Assembly: GCA_033762915.1 (NCBI GenBank)
Contig: JANRLD010000071.1
Coordinates: forward strand, 1-64,000
Reading direction: 5' to 3'
DNA: 64,000 nucleotides
DNA from: Meiothermus sp.
Lineage (GTDB): Bacteria; Deinococcota; Deinococci; Deinococcales; Thermaceae
Under the pieces are notes generated by a model. The model was not told where the DNA came from. It worked only from the letters and a program-made list of their open reading frames with translations, and made no database searches. The number at the start of each line of letters is the position of its first letter. The stretch's first letter is position 1. This document shows, one piece after another, positions 29,594 to 37,684 of this stretch. The position numbers and the translations under genes are program-made.

Positions 29594-31393
29594 CTATCTG
29601 CTCGTTTCGGGGTTCCAGTAGCGGGTGATGGCGGGGCTCAGCAGGATGGTGTTGAGCGGACGGACGTAGCCGGTGCTCTGGGCGATCAGTGGGCTGCCGG
29701 TGCGCAACTGCAGGGCGATGCCGATGAGGTTCCCGGCCTCGTCCAAGACCGGCCCGCCGGAGTTTCCGGGGCGGATGGGAGTGTCGGTGGTGAACCAGTC
29801 GCGCTCGGAGTCGATACCGTCGCCGCGGTCGATGTCGGTGCCGGTCACTTCGTCCTGCGAGCGCTTCATCAGGCTGGTGCCCTCAGGAAAGCCCAGGACG
29901 CTGACCGGGCTGCCGCCCGCTAGACGGTCGGAGTTGCCGACCTCAACCGCAGTGAAACGGGTGTCTTCTCGGGTGAGGGGACGGGTGGCGGGGAGCTGGC
30001 CCTCGGCCACCCCGGTGATCACCTCGGAGATGCGGATCAGCGCGACGTCCATGCTCTCGAGGTTGTTGAGGAACTGGTCGTTGGCGGGAGAGAAGATACC
30101 AGCACCCTGGGCGCAGAAGCGGTCGAGGTTGATCGACTCGTAGCCCACCAGTTCGGCCATGTATAGGCGGTTGGGCACCTGGGCGGGGTCGTCGGAGTTG
30201 AACTTAACCACCAGGCTATTGCGAATCGGGAAGAACTGGCTGGCGGTGGTGCGCCAGCGCTCCTGGTAGCGCCTCGAGCAGTCGATAAGGAGTCGGGCAT
30301 ACACCTGCGAACTGATGACGTGCCAGGCGGTGAGGACGTAGCGCTTCTGCGCGTCCACGAAAACGCCGCTGCCGGTGCTGCTGACCAACCCGCGAATCTT
30401 GCGGGTGGTGGGTTCCACATCGAGGCCGCTCGAGGTGATCAGAACGGTGGCCTTGCGGGCGCGCTCGAGCACGTCCCCGGCGGGCCTGGCGTCGACCGGC
30501 TCAGTGGCAACCGGGGTGACGGTGGTCTCGGCAGCGACCTGAGCGCTCTGGACTACCGGCTCGCTGCCCCCCATGGCCTCGCCGCCGCCCCGGCCCATCA
30601 GTGACCAGCCCAGGCCCGCCAGTGCCAGCAACCCCACAGCCGCCGTCGCTCCCCAGACCGGATTGAACCCCTGGCGCACCGGCTGCCGGGTGAACTGCTG
30701 CCCCGCCACCCGCAGCCTCAGCTTGGTGTCGCCGATCAAGAGACTGTCGCCATGCTGCAGCTTGGTCGGACCGTTAATGCGCTTGCCGTTGACCCAGGTG
30801 CCGTTGGAAGAACCGGCATCGTTGATGTAGACGGCGTCGCCCCTGATCTCGAGTCTGCTGTGGGTCTCGGAGACCTTGCTGTCCCCGGTGATTTGCAAGC
30901 CGTTGTAGGGCTTTCGGCCCACTGTGAGGGTACCGTCGAGGGGATGTTCACTTCCATCGGCCCGCACCAGGGCGAAGGGTGTAGGGGTAGAGCGCAGCAC
31001 GGTGTGTTCGGCGGGGGGGAGGGGAACCGGGGTAGCGGGGGTGGACGAAGCTTCGGCACTTTCGGGCATCCGAACGGTAGGGTCGATGGGTTCGGGCATG
31101 ATCTGGGTCTTCATTGCGCCCCAGAAGGTAAGGTCGTAGCTGCCGAGGCGGACCTGGTCACCGTGCTTGAGCGGCTGGGGTTGGCCGGGGGTTAGCCGGA
31201 TTCCATTGACCCAGGTTCCGTTGGTGCTCTCGAGATCGAGCAGCAGCACCGACTCCCCATTCACGATCAAGCGGGCGTGCTTGGCCCCCACGGTTGGTTC
31301 TTGTATTCGAACACCATTGTCGGGGGCCCGCCCGATCTCGGTGGTTTGGTCGAAATCCCAGCTGACTCCGGCTTTGTTCTGTAGGCTTAACAT
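29594..31393 (-). CDS. Tandem-FHA / transmembrane / trypsin-like (S1) serine protease
   Basis: Two FHA domains (IGR...STNGTWVNG; VGR...VSETH...SSNGTWVNG), TM helix VWGATAAVGLLALAGLGWSL, triad TAWHV / DVALIRI / GNSGGP. SD GAGGAGGAG. Confidence 0.9.
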   Translation of the reverse strand: MLSLQNKAGVSWDFDQTTEIGRAPDNGVRIQEPTVGAKHARLIVNGESVLLLDLESTNGTWVNGIRLTPGQPQPLKHGDQVRLGSYDLTFWGAMKTQIMPEPIDPTVRMPESAEASSTPATPVPLPPAEHTVLRSTPTPFALVRADGSEHPLDGTLTVGRKPYNGLQITGDSKVSETHSRLEIRGDAVYINDAGSSNGTWVNGKRINGPTKLQHGDSLLIGDTKLRLRVAGQQFTRQPVRQGFNPVWGATAAVGLLALAGLGWSLMGRGGGEAMGGSEPVVQSAQVAAETTVTPVATEPVDARPAGDVLERARKATVLITSSGLDVEPTTRKIRGLVSSTGSGVFVDAQKRYVLTAWHVISSQVYARLLIDCSRRYQERWRTTASQFFPIRNSLVVKFNSDDPAQVPNRLYMAELVGYESINLDRFCAQGAGIFSPANDQFLNNLESMDVALIRISEVITGVAEGQLPATRPLTREDTRFTAVEVGNSDRLAGGSPVSVLGFPEGTSLMKRSQDEVTGTDIDRGDGIDSERDWFTTDTPIRPGNSGGPVLDEAGNLIGIALQLRTGSPLIAQSTGYVRPLNTILLSPAITRYWNPETSR

Positions 31394-31442
31394 AAACTCC
31401 TCCTCTGCCCTGTTTGGATTGGTTTCCCTGCGTGCGGTGGGC

Positions 31443-33245
31443 TCATCGGCAAAACATCGAACCGGCCTTTACATCACAGCCGCCTTGTGAACCGCTGGAT
31501 GACGGCTTGGCTGGGCGGCGCTGCTGGACGGCGGGCGGTGGCCTGGGGGCGGTTTTCGGCAGCGGCTGTAGGGAAAACTCGAGCCGACCCTCCCGCTCAA
31601 AGCTCACCCGCCGCCGAAGCGTTCGGTGGGCGGCGGCCCGAACCTCCAACTCGCCTCTGGTTCCGTAAGGCTGCTGGACTTCCAGCACGTAGCGCCCGCC
31701 GGACCGCACGGCCCGGCCGTCGGCGAGTTGACGGTTCAGCCAGAGGGTGGCGTCTGGCCGGTTGGTGAAGATCTGAACGCGTACGGGCTGGCGCTCGAGC
31801 AACACCAGTAGGTTGCGGTCTTGGCCCAGTCCGACCTGACCGCCGTAGGGGCGGAAGCCCTCGGCCCTGATCTCGAGGCGCTCGGCCTCTTCGGACTGGG
31901 CCACTACCACTTCAAAGTGGTAACGCGCTCCAACCTTCATCGGGCGATTCAAGGCCAGCCTCCGACCGCCGAGCAACGCTTGGATCTGGGGGGTGTTGGT
32001 CTCGAGGCGCAGCCGAACCTGGGTGATAGCAGCCGAGGTCGGGGCGGCACTGCGTGGGGAGGACAGCTCAAATTCGCCGCCAACTCGACTGGCCGGAGTG
32101 GGTGCCGGATTAGCCCGGTTGGGAGCGATTGGTTGGGTCTGGGCAGTAGGCTGGGCCTGGAAAGGTGGTGTAAGCGCAGGATTCTGTGTCGGCCCCCGGC
32201 CCAGCACCGACCAAGAGGCAAGCCCCGTTGCTGCCACTGCCGCTAGCCCCAGCCAGGGAACCGTACGCTTCCACCAAGTTGCGGGTTGTGCTGGGGCGTA
32301 CCACTCTCCGTCATCCAAAGCCTGGGCAGGCCGTCCGAGGACCGTAGAGTCGAGGTTCCCCTCGAGCGCCAACTCTTCGCCAACCGCGGCCAGACTGCGG
32401 ATGGCTTCGAGCATTTCGCTCGCGCTTTGGGGGCGCTCGCCGACCTTAAGCGCCAGGCCGGCCTCGAGCAGCCGTGCAAACCCCTCCGAGACCGCAGGGT
32501 TGAGCTGCCGGACACTGGGCAAGGGTGTGCCGTTTAGCCGCTGGGTGGCCGGGACGGGGGTCGAGAGCGTCAGGCACCGGTAGGCAGTGGCGCAAAGCCC
32601 GAATAGGTCGGTGGCGGGGGTCAGCTTTGCCCCGCCCAGCTGCTCAAGTGGCGCGTAGGTGGGGGTGTACACCACGGTGTGTCGGGCCTGATCAGAGGCC
32701 AGCTCGAGGGCCGCACCGAAGTCGATTAGTACTGGCCCTTTGGCCGTGAGCATCACGTTGTCCGGCTTAAGGTCGCGGTGCAGCAGGTTCGCGGCGTGGA
32801 TTTCGGCCAGGGCGCCAAGGAGCGGCACCATCCACCCGCGCACTTCGGGCTCTGCCATGCGGCCACGGGCGCGGAGGGCGGCCTCGAGGGTTTGGCCCTC
32901 CAGGTACTCCATGACCAGATAGACGGTGCCATTGGCCTCAAACAGGCTCCGCACCTGCACGATTGCGGGGTGGCGCAAACGGCTGAGGGTCTGAGCCTCG
33001 AGCCGGAATCGCTCACGCAGCTTGGCGAAGTCGGCCACACCCTCGGGACCGACCACCAGGTGTCCGTCGGCGGAGCGGGTGGTCCCGCTGGCCACAAACA
33101 ACTCCTTGACCGCCACCCCCACCCCGACGTTTAGGTCTTGGGCCAGGTAGGTGATGCCGAAACCGCCCCGGCCCAGCACCGTTTCGACGCGGTACTGCCC
33201 GTGGTTGAGGAGGGTTCCGGGTCGGAGCGCAGGGGCGTTGGACAT
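31443..33245 (-). CDS. Hanks-type Ser/Thr protein kinase, membrane-anchored, with PEGA-like extracytoplasmic repeats
   Basis: LGRGGFGITY, VAVKE, HRDLKPDN, DFG, YAPLEQ, TDLF; TM WLGLAAVAATGLASWSVL; two beta-rich C-terminal repeats. Confidence 0.92.
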   Translation of the reverse strand: MSNAPALRPGTLLNHGQYRVETVLGRGGFGITYLAQDLNVGVGVAVKELFVASGTTRSADGHLVVGPEGVADFAKLRERFRLEAQTLSRLRHPAIVQVRSLFEANGTVYLVMEYLEGQTLEAALRARGRMAEPEVRGWMVPLLGALAEIHAANLLHRDLKPDNVMLTAKGPVLIDFGAALELASDQARHTVVYTPTYAPLEQLGGAKLTPATDLFGLCATAYRCLTLSTPVPATQRLNGTPLPSVRQLNPAVSEGFARLLEAGLALKVGERPQSASEMLEAIRSLAAVGEELALEGNLDSTVLGRPAQALDDGEWYAPAQPATWWKRTVPWLGLAAVAATGLASWSVLGRGPTQNPALTPPFQAQPTAQTQPIAPNRANPAPTPASRVGGEFELSSPRSAAPTSAAITQVRLRLETNTPQIQALLGGRRLALNRPMKVGARYHFEVVVAQSEEAERLEIRAEGFRPYGGQVGLGQDRNLLVLLERQPVRVQIFTNRPDATLWLNRQLADGRAVRSGGRYVLEVQQPYGTRGELEVRAAAHRTLRRRVSFEREGRLEFSLQPLPKTAPRPPPAVQQRRPAKPSSSGSQGGCDVKAGSMFCR

Positions 33246-33254
33246 GACCTCTCC

Positions 33255-33836
33255 TTAGCCGTTGAGTTGACGGAAGCGACGCGAGAGCTCCCCGAAGGTC
33301 CGGTTGGCCGCGTCGGGGCCGCCCAGGCCGCAGTTCGAGAGTCCCACCGCCACCACCACTTGCTGGGCTTGGCGCAGCGGGGTGAAGGCCCAGGTCATGA
33401 CGCAGTCGGGGCCGGAATTGGCGCGGGGGGCGGAGCGTACCACCACCGTGAGGGCCGACGCCGCGCGGACGGCGGTGCCGAACCGGTAGCCCTCGGGCAC
33501 AAAGTTATCTGCGGCCCGCTCGACCACCTCCATGGCCTCGCCCGCAGTGGCTAGATAGGTGGCACTGAGGGTAGAGGGGGTGCTGGGCACGCAGGCCGCA
33601 AGGGCCAGCGCCAGCAGTCCAAGGGCGGCCCTAGCGGCGGGGCTCGAGGCGGACCTGTTCCATCCAGGCCAGTGCGGACTCGAGGCTGTCGGTCTCGACT
33701 TCGCGCCCGGTCTGGATGTGGCGCACCTCGTAGCGCAGGCCGCCTCTGGGCAGCGTCCGGCACCGAACCATAAAGGAGGTCTGCTGCTTGGGCTGGGACT
33801 TGGTTTTTTCCATCGCACGCTCCTCGGCGGGTTCAT
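33255..33836 (-). CDS. Putative lipoprotein (start uncertain)
   Basis: Hydrophobic ALGLLALALAAC lipobox (Cys codon 33591-33593); the stop overlaps the kinase SD. The nearest in-frame ATG upstream is 33836 (next is 33848). Confidence 0.6.
   Translation of the reverse strand: MNPPRSVRWKKPSPSPSSRPPLWFGAGRCPEAACATRCATSRPGAKSRPTASSPHWPGWNRSASSPAARAALGLLALALAACVPSTPSTLSATYLATAGEAMEVVERAADNFVPEGYRFGTAVRAASALTVVVRSAPRANSGPDCVMTWAFTPLRQAQQVVVAVGLSNCGLGGPDAANRTFGELSRRFRQLNG
33631..33813 (-). CDS. Small hypothetical protein (60 aa)
   Basis: Good SD GAGGAG before the ATG. Sequence SFMVRC...YEVRHIQTGRE...SLESALAWM resembles small proteins I associate with BTAD regulator loci (recollection, not searched). 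Confidence 0.65.
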   Translation of the reverse strand: MEKTKSQPKQQTSFMVRCRTLPRGGLRYEVRHIQTGREVETDSLESALAWMEQVRLEPRR

Positions 33837-33906
33837 GGGGCCTATCATGCCGGGGGGCGCTTAGATGTCACTTACGCGCCCTTATGTACCAGATAAGATG
33901 ACGTAT

Positions 33907-36900
33907 ATGGTGCGGGATTCAGCCCTTCGCGTGCGGCTTTTTGGCGGCTTCCAGGTTGCCGCAGGCGCGGTGACGCTGCCCGGCGAAGTCTGGCGCAAAA
34001 AGGCTGCCGACGTTATAAAGCTGCTGGCCCTACAGCCGGAGGGCCGGCTGCGCCGCGAGCAGGTTTTGGAAGCCCTCTGGCCTGGGTCGGGGGAAAAGCC
34101 GGGCTTGAACAGCCTGTACCAGATCCTGCACCATGCCCGTCGCCTGCTCGAGCCAGCTCTCCCAAAGGGCTCTAGACCCCGCTATCTGTTATTTGAGCAG
34201 GACAGTCTGGTGCTGAGCCCGTATGGCGGACTCGAGGTGGACTACCACAACTTCAGACGCCTATTGACCCAGGCCCGGCGCACACCCGACATCGCTACCT
34301 ATGAGGTTGCCGTCGCGCTGTACGCCGGAGACCTGCTGCCCGACGACCTCTACGAGGATTGGACCGAGCCTCACCGCGACGAAGCCAGGTCGCTCTACCT
34401 CGAGGCCCTGCTGGAACTCGCTGAGTTGCTCGAGCACGGCGGAAATCTCCCTCGGGCCTACCACTTCCTCGAGCTGGCCATTGCCCGGGAGCGCACCTTG
34501 GAGGCCGCCCACCTCGCCCTGATGCGCCTCCACGCCAGAAGTGGCCGCCGCATGGAGGCGGTGCGGCAGTACCAGACCCTGCGCGAGGCGCTGGTGCAAG
34601 AACTCGGCGTTGAACCCGACGATGCCACGCGAGCACTCTACGACCAGGTACTACAAAAACTCCCCGATCTGCCCGACCTTCCCAAGCGTGAGGCCGCCGC
34701 CCCGGCCCCCCTGGTGGGCTGGGTACCCGCCGCCCTGACCCCCCTGATTGGGCGCGAGGGTCAGCTCGAAGAAGCCCTGCAGCTGCTCTCTGCCGCCCGA
34801 AGCCTGACGCTGACCGGGGCGGGCGGTTCGGGGAAAACCCGTCTAGCCCTGGAAGTCGCCTCGAGGCTACACGCCGAAGCCAGTTTCGAGGGTGGTGTCT
34901 GGTGGGTTGAGCTGGTTACGCTCTCTGACCCCAGGATGGTGCCGGCCACAGTGGCCCAGGCCCTAGGGATTGCAGACTCCGGAAAGCCCCCGCTCCAGGC
35001 CGTCGCGGAGATGCTCGGGGGGCGCCGGGCTTTGCTAGTGCTGGACAACTGCGAGCACCTCATTGAGGCCTGCGCCGAGGTCGCGGTTCAGTTGTTGCGG
35101 GCTCTACCGGGGCTTCAACTGCTTTCCACCTCCCGCGAGGCCCTGGCCATCGCGGGCGAGATCGCCTGGGTGGTTCCCCCCCTCGAGGTGCCTTCCGCCG
35201 AGTCCGCCAGGTTCCCCGAGGGGCTCAGCCGCTTGGAGTCGGTGCGGCTGCTGGTCGAGCGCATCCGGCAACGAGACCCCAGATTCGCACTGACCGAGCA
35301 GAATGCCGAGAGCGTGGTCCAGATTTGCCGCCGCCTCGAGGGACTGCCGCTGGCCCTAGAGCTGGCCGCAGCGCGGGTGGGGCTGCTGACCCTGGAACAG
35401 ATTGCCGCCCGTCTGGACAACAGCTTGCGTCTCCTGACGCGGGGGCAGCGGGGCGGGCTGCGCCACCATCAGACCCTCGAGGCCGCTCTCCAGTGGAGCT
35501 TCGCCCTGCTGGGCGAAGCCGAACGCAACCTGTTTGTCAGGCTGGCGGTGTTCGTGGGCGGTTGGACACCAGAGGCGGCGGAAGCGGTCGGGGGCGGCGC
35601 CGACCCCGATCAACTTCCGGAGCTGCTGGCCCGGCTGGAGCAGGTATCGATGGTTCTTCTTTCGGAGAACGACGGCCGGGTGCGCTTTCGTATGCTCGAG
35701 CCGGTGCGCCAGTTTGGGGCGGCCAAGCTCGAGGAGGCAGCGCTGCTGGAAGAGGTGCGGCGGGGTCTTATCGGATGGTACGCCCGCCAAACCGACGAGA
35801 TTGTGCCCAGGCTGTCTGGGCCGGACCAGGCCGCATGGTACCGGCATCTTTCTGCTGAGTACGAGAACTTGCGGGCGGTACTGGCCTGGGGTAAGGCGCT
35901 CGACCTTGAGCGCAGCCTGCACATCGCCGCCCGGCTCTGGCGCTTCTTCCAGGTCAAGGGCCATGCCCAGGAGATGCTGGAGTGGTTCGAGGAGGCCCTG
36001 CCGCTCTCCGGCGGCGTTTCGGTGGCGGTTCGGGCCGATGCGCTCAACTCGGCGGGCATCATGGCTCGCACCTGCGGCCTCTACAGCCGCTCGAGCGAAC
36101 TGTACCAGTCTGCGCTGGCCCTACGCCGCGAACTCGGTGACCAGCGGGGCGAGGCGGTGGTGCTTAACAACTTGGGGGTCAACGCCCGCGACCAGGCCGA
36201 CTACCCCACCGTCGAGCGATATAGCCGCGAGTGTCTGCACATCGCCCGCGAGGTCGGGGATCGGCAGCTCGAGGCCCTTAGCCTCAAGAGTCTGGGAATA
36301 GTGCTGCGCGGCCGGGGCGACCTCGAGGCGGCGGAGGCCCACCTCCGCGACAGCCTCGCAATCTTCGCCAAGCTGGGCGAGAAGCGGGTCCTGGCCGACA
36401 TCTACAACCACCTGGGTGGGCTGGCAATGTCCGGGGAGAGGTGGGCCGAGGCCGGGCGGCTTTACCGGCAGTGCCTCGAGCTTAATCGTGAAGTCGAAGA
36501 CTTCTGGGGAATTGGGATCGCCGCACGCAACCTGGCTGCCCTGAACCTCGAGCAAGGCGACCCGGCCGCTGCCGGGATGATGCTTGGCGAAGGCCTTGCC
36601 CATTACCGGCGCGCCGGAGTTCGGCACGGTCTGGAGGAGTGTTTCGAGACCCTGGCCGGCCTGGCTTGGCGGCAGGGCAATCCCGAACTGGCTGCCTGGG
36701 CCTGGGGGGTGGTGGAACAGCTCGAGGCCGAGATAGGAAAAGTGGGGAGTTCGGGCGACCGCGCAAGGCGCGACCACCAGTACCGGGAGCTGACCGCCGC
36801 TATAGGCGAGGCCGAGTTCGCACGCCTGCGGCAGGCCGGACAACACGAGCGACTCGAGGACGCATTCAACAAGGCGCTGGGCGGCATTTCCGCACCTGCA

Positions 36901-36918
36901 AGCAGCGTCAAGCGGTAG
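33907..36918 (+). CDS. AfsR/SARP-like regulator: wHTH-BTAD + STAND ATPase + TPR repeats
   Basis: LRVRLFGGF wHTH, Y.GDLL...EDW and E.AH..LMRL....G BTAD motifs, GAGGSGKTRL Walker A, LLVLDNCEH Walker B, GLPLALELAAAR, TPR repeats. ATG 33907 lies 7 nt after TAAGAT. Confidence 0.92.
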   Translation: MVRDSALRVRLFGGFQVAAGAVTLPGEVWRKKAADVIKLLALQPEGRLRREQVLEALWPGSGEKPGLNSLYQILHHARRLLEPALPKGSRPRYLLFEQDSLVLSPYGGLEVDYHNFRRLLTQARRTPDIATYEVAVALYAGDLLPDDLYEDWTEPHRDEARSLYLEALLELAELLEHGGNLPRAYHFLELAIARERTLEAAHLALMRLHARSGRRMEAVRQYQTLREALVQELGVEPDDATRALYDQVLQKLPDLPDLPKREAAAPAPLVGWVPAALTPLIGREGQLEEALQLLSAARSLTLTGAGGSGKTRLALEVASRLHAEASFEGGVWWVELVTLSDPRMVPATVAQALGIADSGKPPLQAVAEMLGGRRALLVLDNCEHLIEACAEVAVQLLRALPGLQLLSTSREALAIAGEIAWVVPPLEVPSAESARFPEGLSRLESVRLLVERIRQRDPRFALTEQNAESVVQICRRLEGLPLALELAAARVGLLTLEQIAARLDNSLRLLTRGQRGGLRHHQTLEAALQWSFALLGEAERNLFVRLAVFVGGWTPEAAEAVGGGADPDQLPELLARLEQVSMVLLSENDGRVRFRMLEPVRQFGAAKLEEAALLEEVRRGLIGWYARQTDEIVPRLSGPDQAAWYRHLSAEYENLRAVLAWGKALDLERSLHIAARLWRFFQVKGHAQEMLEWFEEALPLSGGVSVAVRADALNSAGIMARTCGLYSRSSELYQSALALRRELGDQRGEAVVLNNLGVNARDQADYPTVERYSRECLHIAREVGDRQLEALSLKSLGIVLRGRGDLEAAEAHLRDSLAIFAKLGEKRVLADIYNHLGGLAMSGERWAEAGRLYRQCLELNREVEDFWGIGIAARNLAALNLEQGDPAAAGMMLGEGLAHYRRAGVRHGLEECFETLAGLAWRQGNPELAAWAWGVVEQLEAEIGKVGSSGDRARRDHQYRELTAAIGEAEFARLRQAGQHERLEDAFNKALGGISAPASSVKR

Positions 36919-36936
36919 GGGAACCGAAGGTCAGCA

Positions 36937-37485
36937 TTAAATCTTGGGGAGAGTGATTCCCCGCTGGCCCTGATACTTGCCCTTGCGGTCGCCGTAGGTG
37001 ACTTCGGGGCGTTCGCCCTCGAAAAAGACCAACTGAACCACGCCCTCGCCTGCGTACATTTTGGCCGGTAGGGGAGTGGTGTTGGAGAACTCGAGGGTGA
37101 TGTGCCCCTCCCAGCCGGGTTCGATGGGGGTGACGTTGGCCACAATGCCGCACCGCGCATAGGTGGACTTACCCACTGCGATGGCCAAAACCGTGTCCGG
37201 CATGCGGACGTACTCGAGCGATCTGGCCAGCGCGAAGGAGTTGGGCGGGATGATCACCTCGTTTCCCTCGTACTCCACGAAACTCTTGGGGTCAAAGTTC
37301 TTGGGGTCCACGACGGTGTTGAAGACGTTGGTGAAGATCTTCCATTCGGCGGCCGCCCGCAGGTCGTAGCCGAAGCTGGTCAGGCCGTAGCTGATGACCC
37401 CGCTGCGCACCAAATTCTCCTCGAAAGGGTCGATCATGCCCTTTTTGGCCTGCTCTCTGATCCACCAGTCGGGTTTAATACTCAT
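36937..37485 (-). CDS. dcd: dCTP deaminase
   Basis: [33 protein letters not shown] and KYQGQ.GITLP motifs. Confidence 0.96.
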   Translation of the reverse strand: MSIKPDWWIREQAKKGMIDPFEENLVRSGVISYGLTSFGYDLRAAAEWKIFTNVFNTVVDPKNFDPKSFVEYEGNEVIIPPNSFALARSLEYVRMPDTVLAIAVGKSTYARCGIVANVTPIEPGWEGHITLEFSNTTPLPAKMYAGEGVVQLVFFEGERPEVTYGDRKGKYQGQRGITLPKI

Positions 37486-37684
37486 GGGCGTTACTATACC
37501 CAGCGGAGGGAGATCGGGGAACACACGGCCCCATACCTCGTGCGACTCCGACGCCGGGGCTTAATCAACCTCAAGGTTCCGAAGCTGTCCCTGACGACGT
37601 TAACTGCGTCGTTATCTTGCGTGAATGACCCTGGAGGGCCGTCTTTTCACAACGGCCCTTCATTTTGGCCCCTAAACTAGCCCT

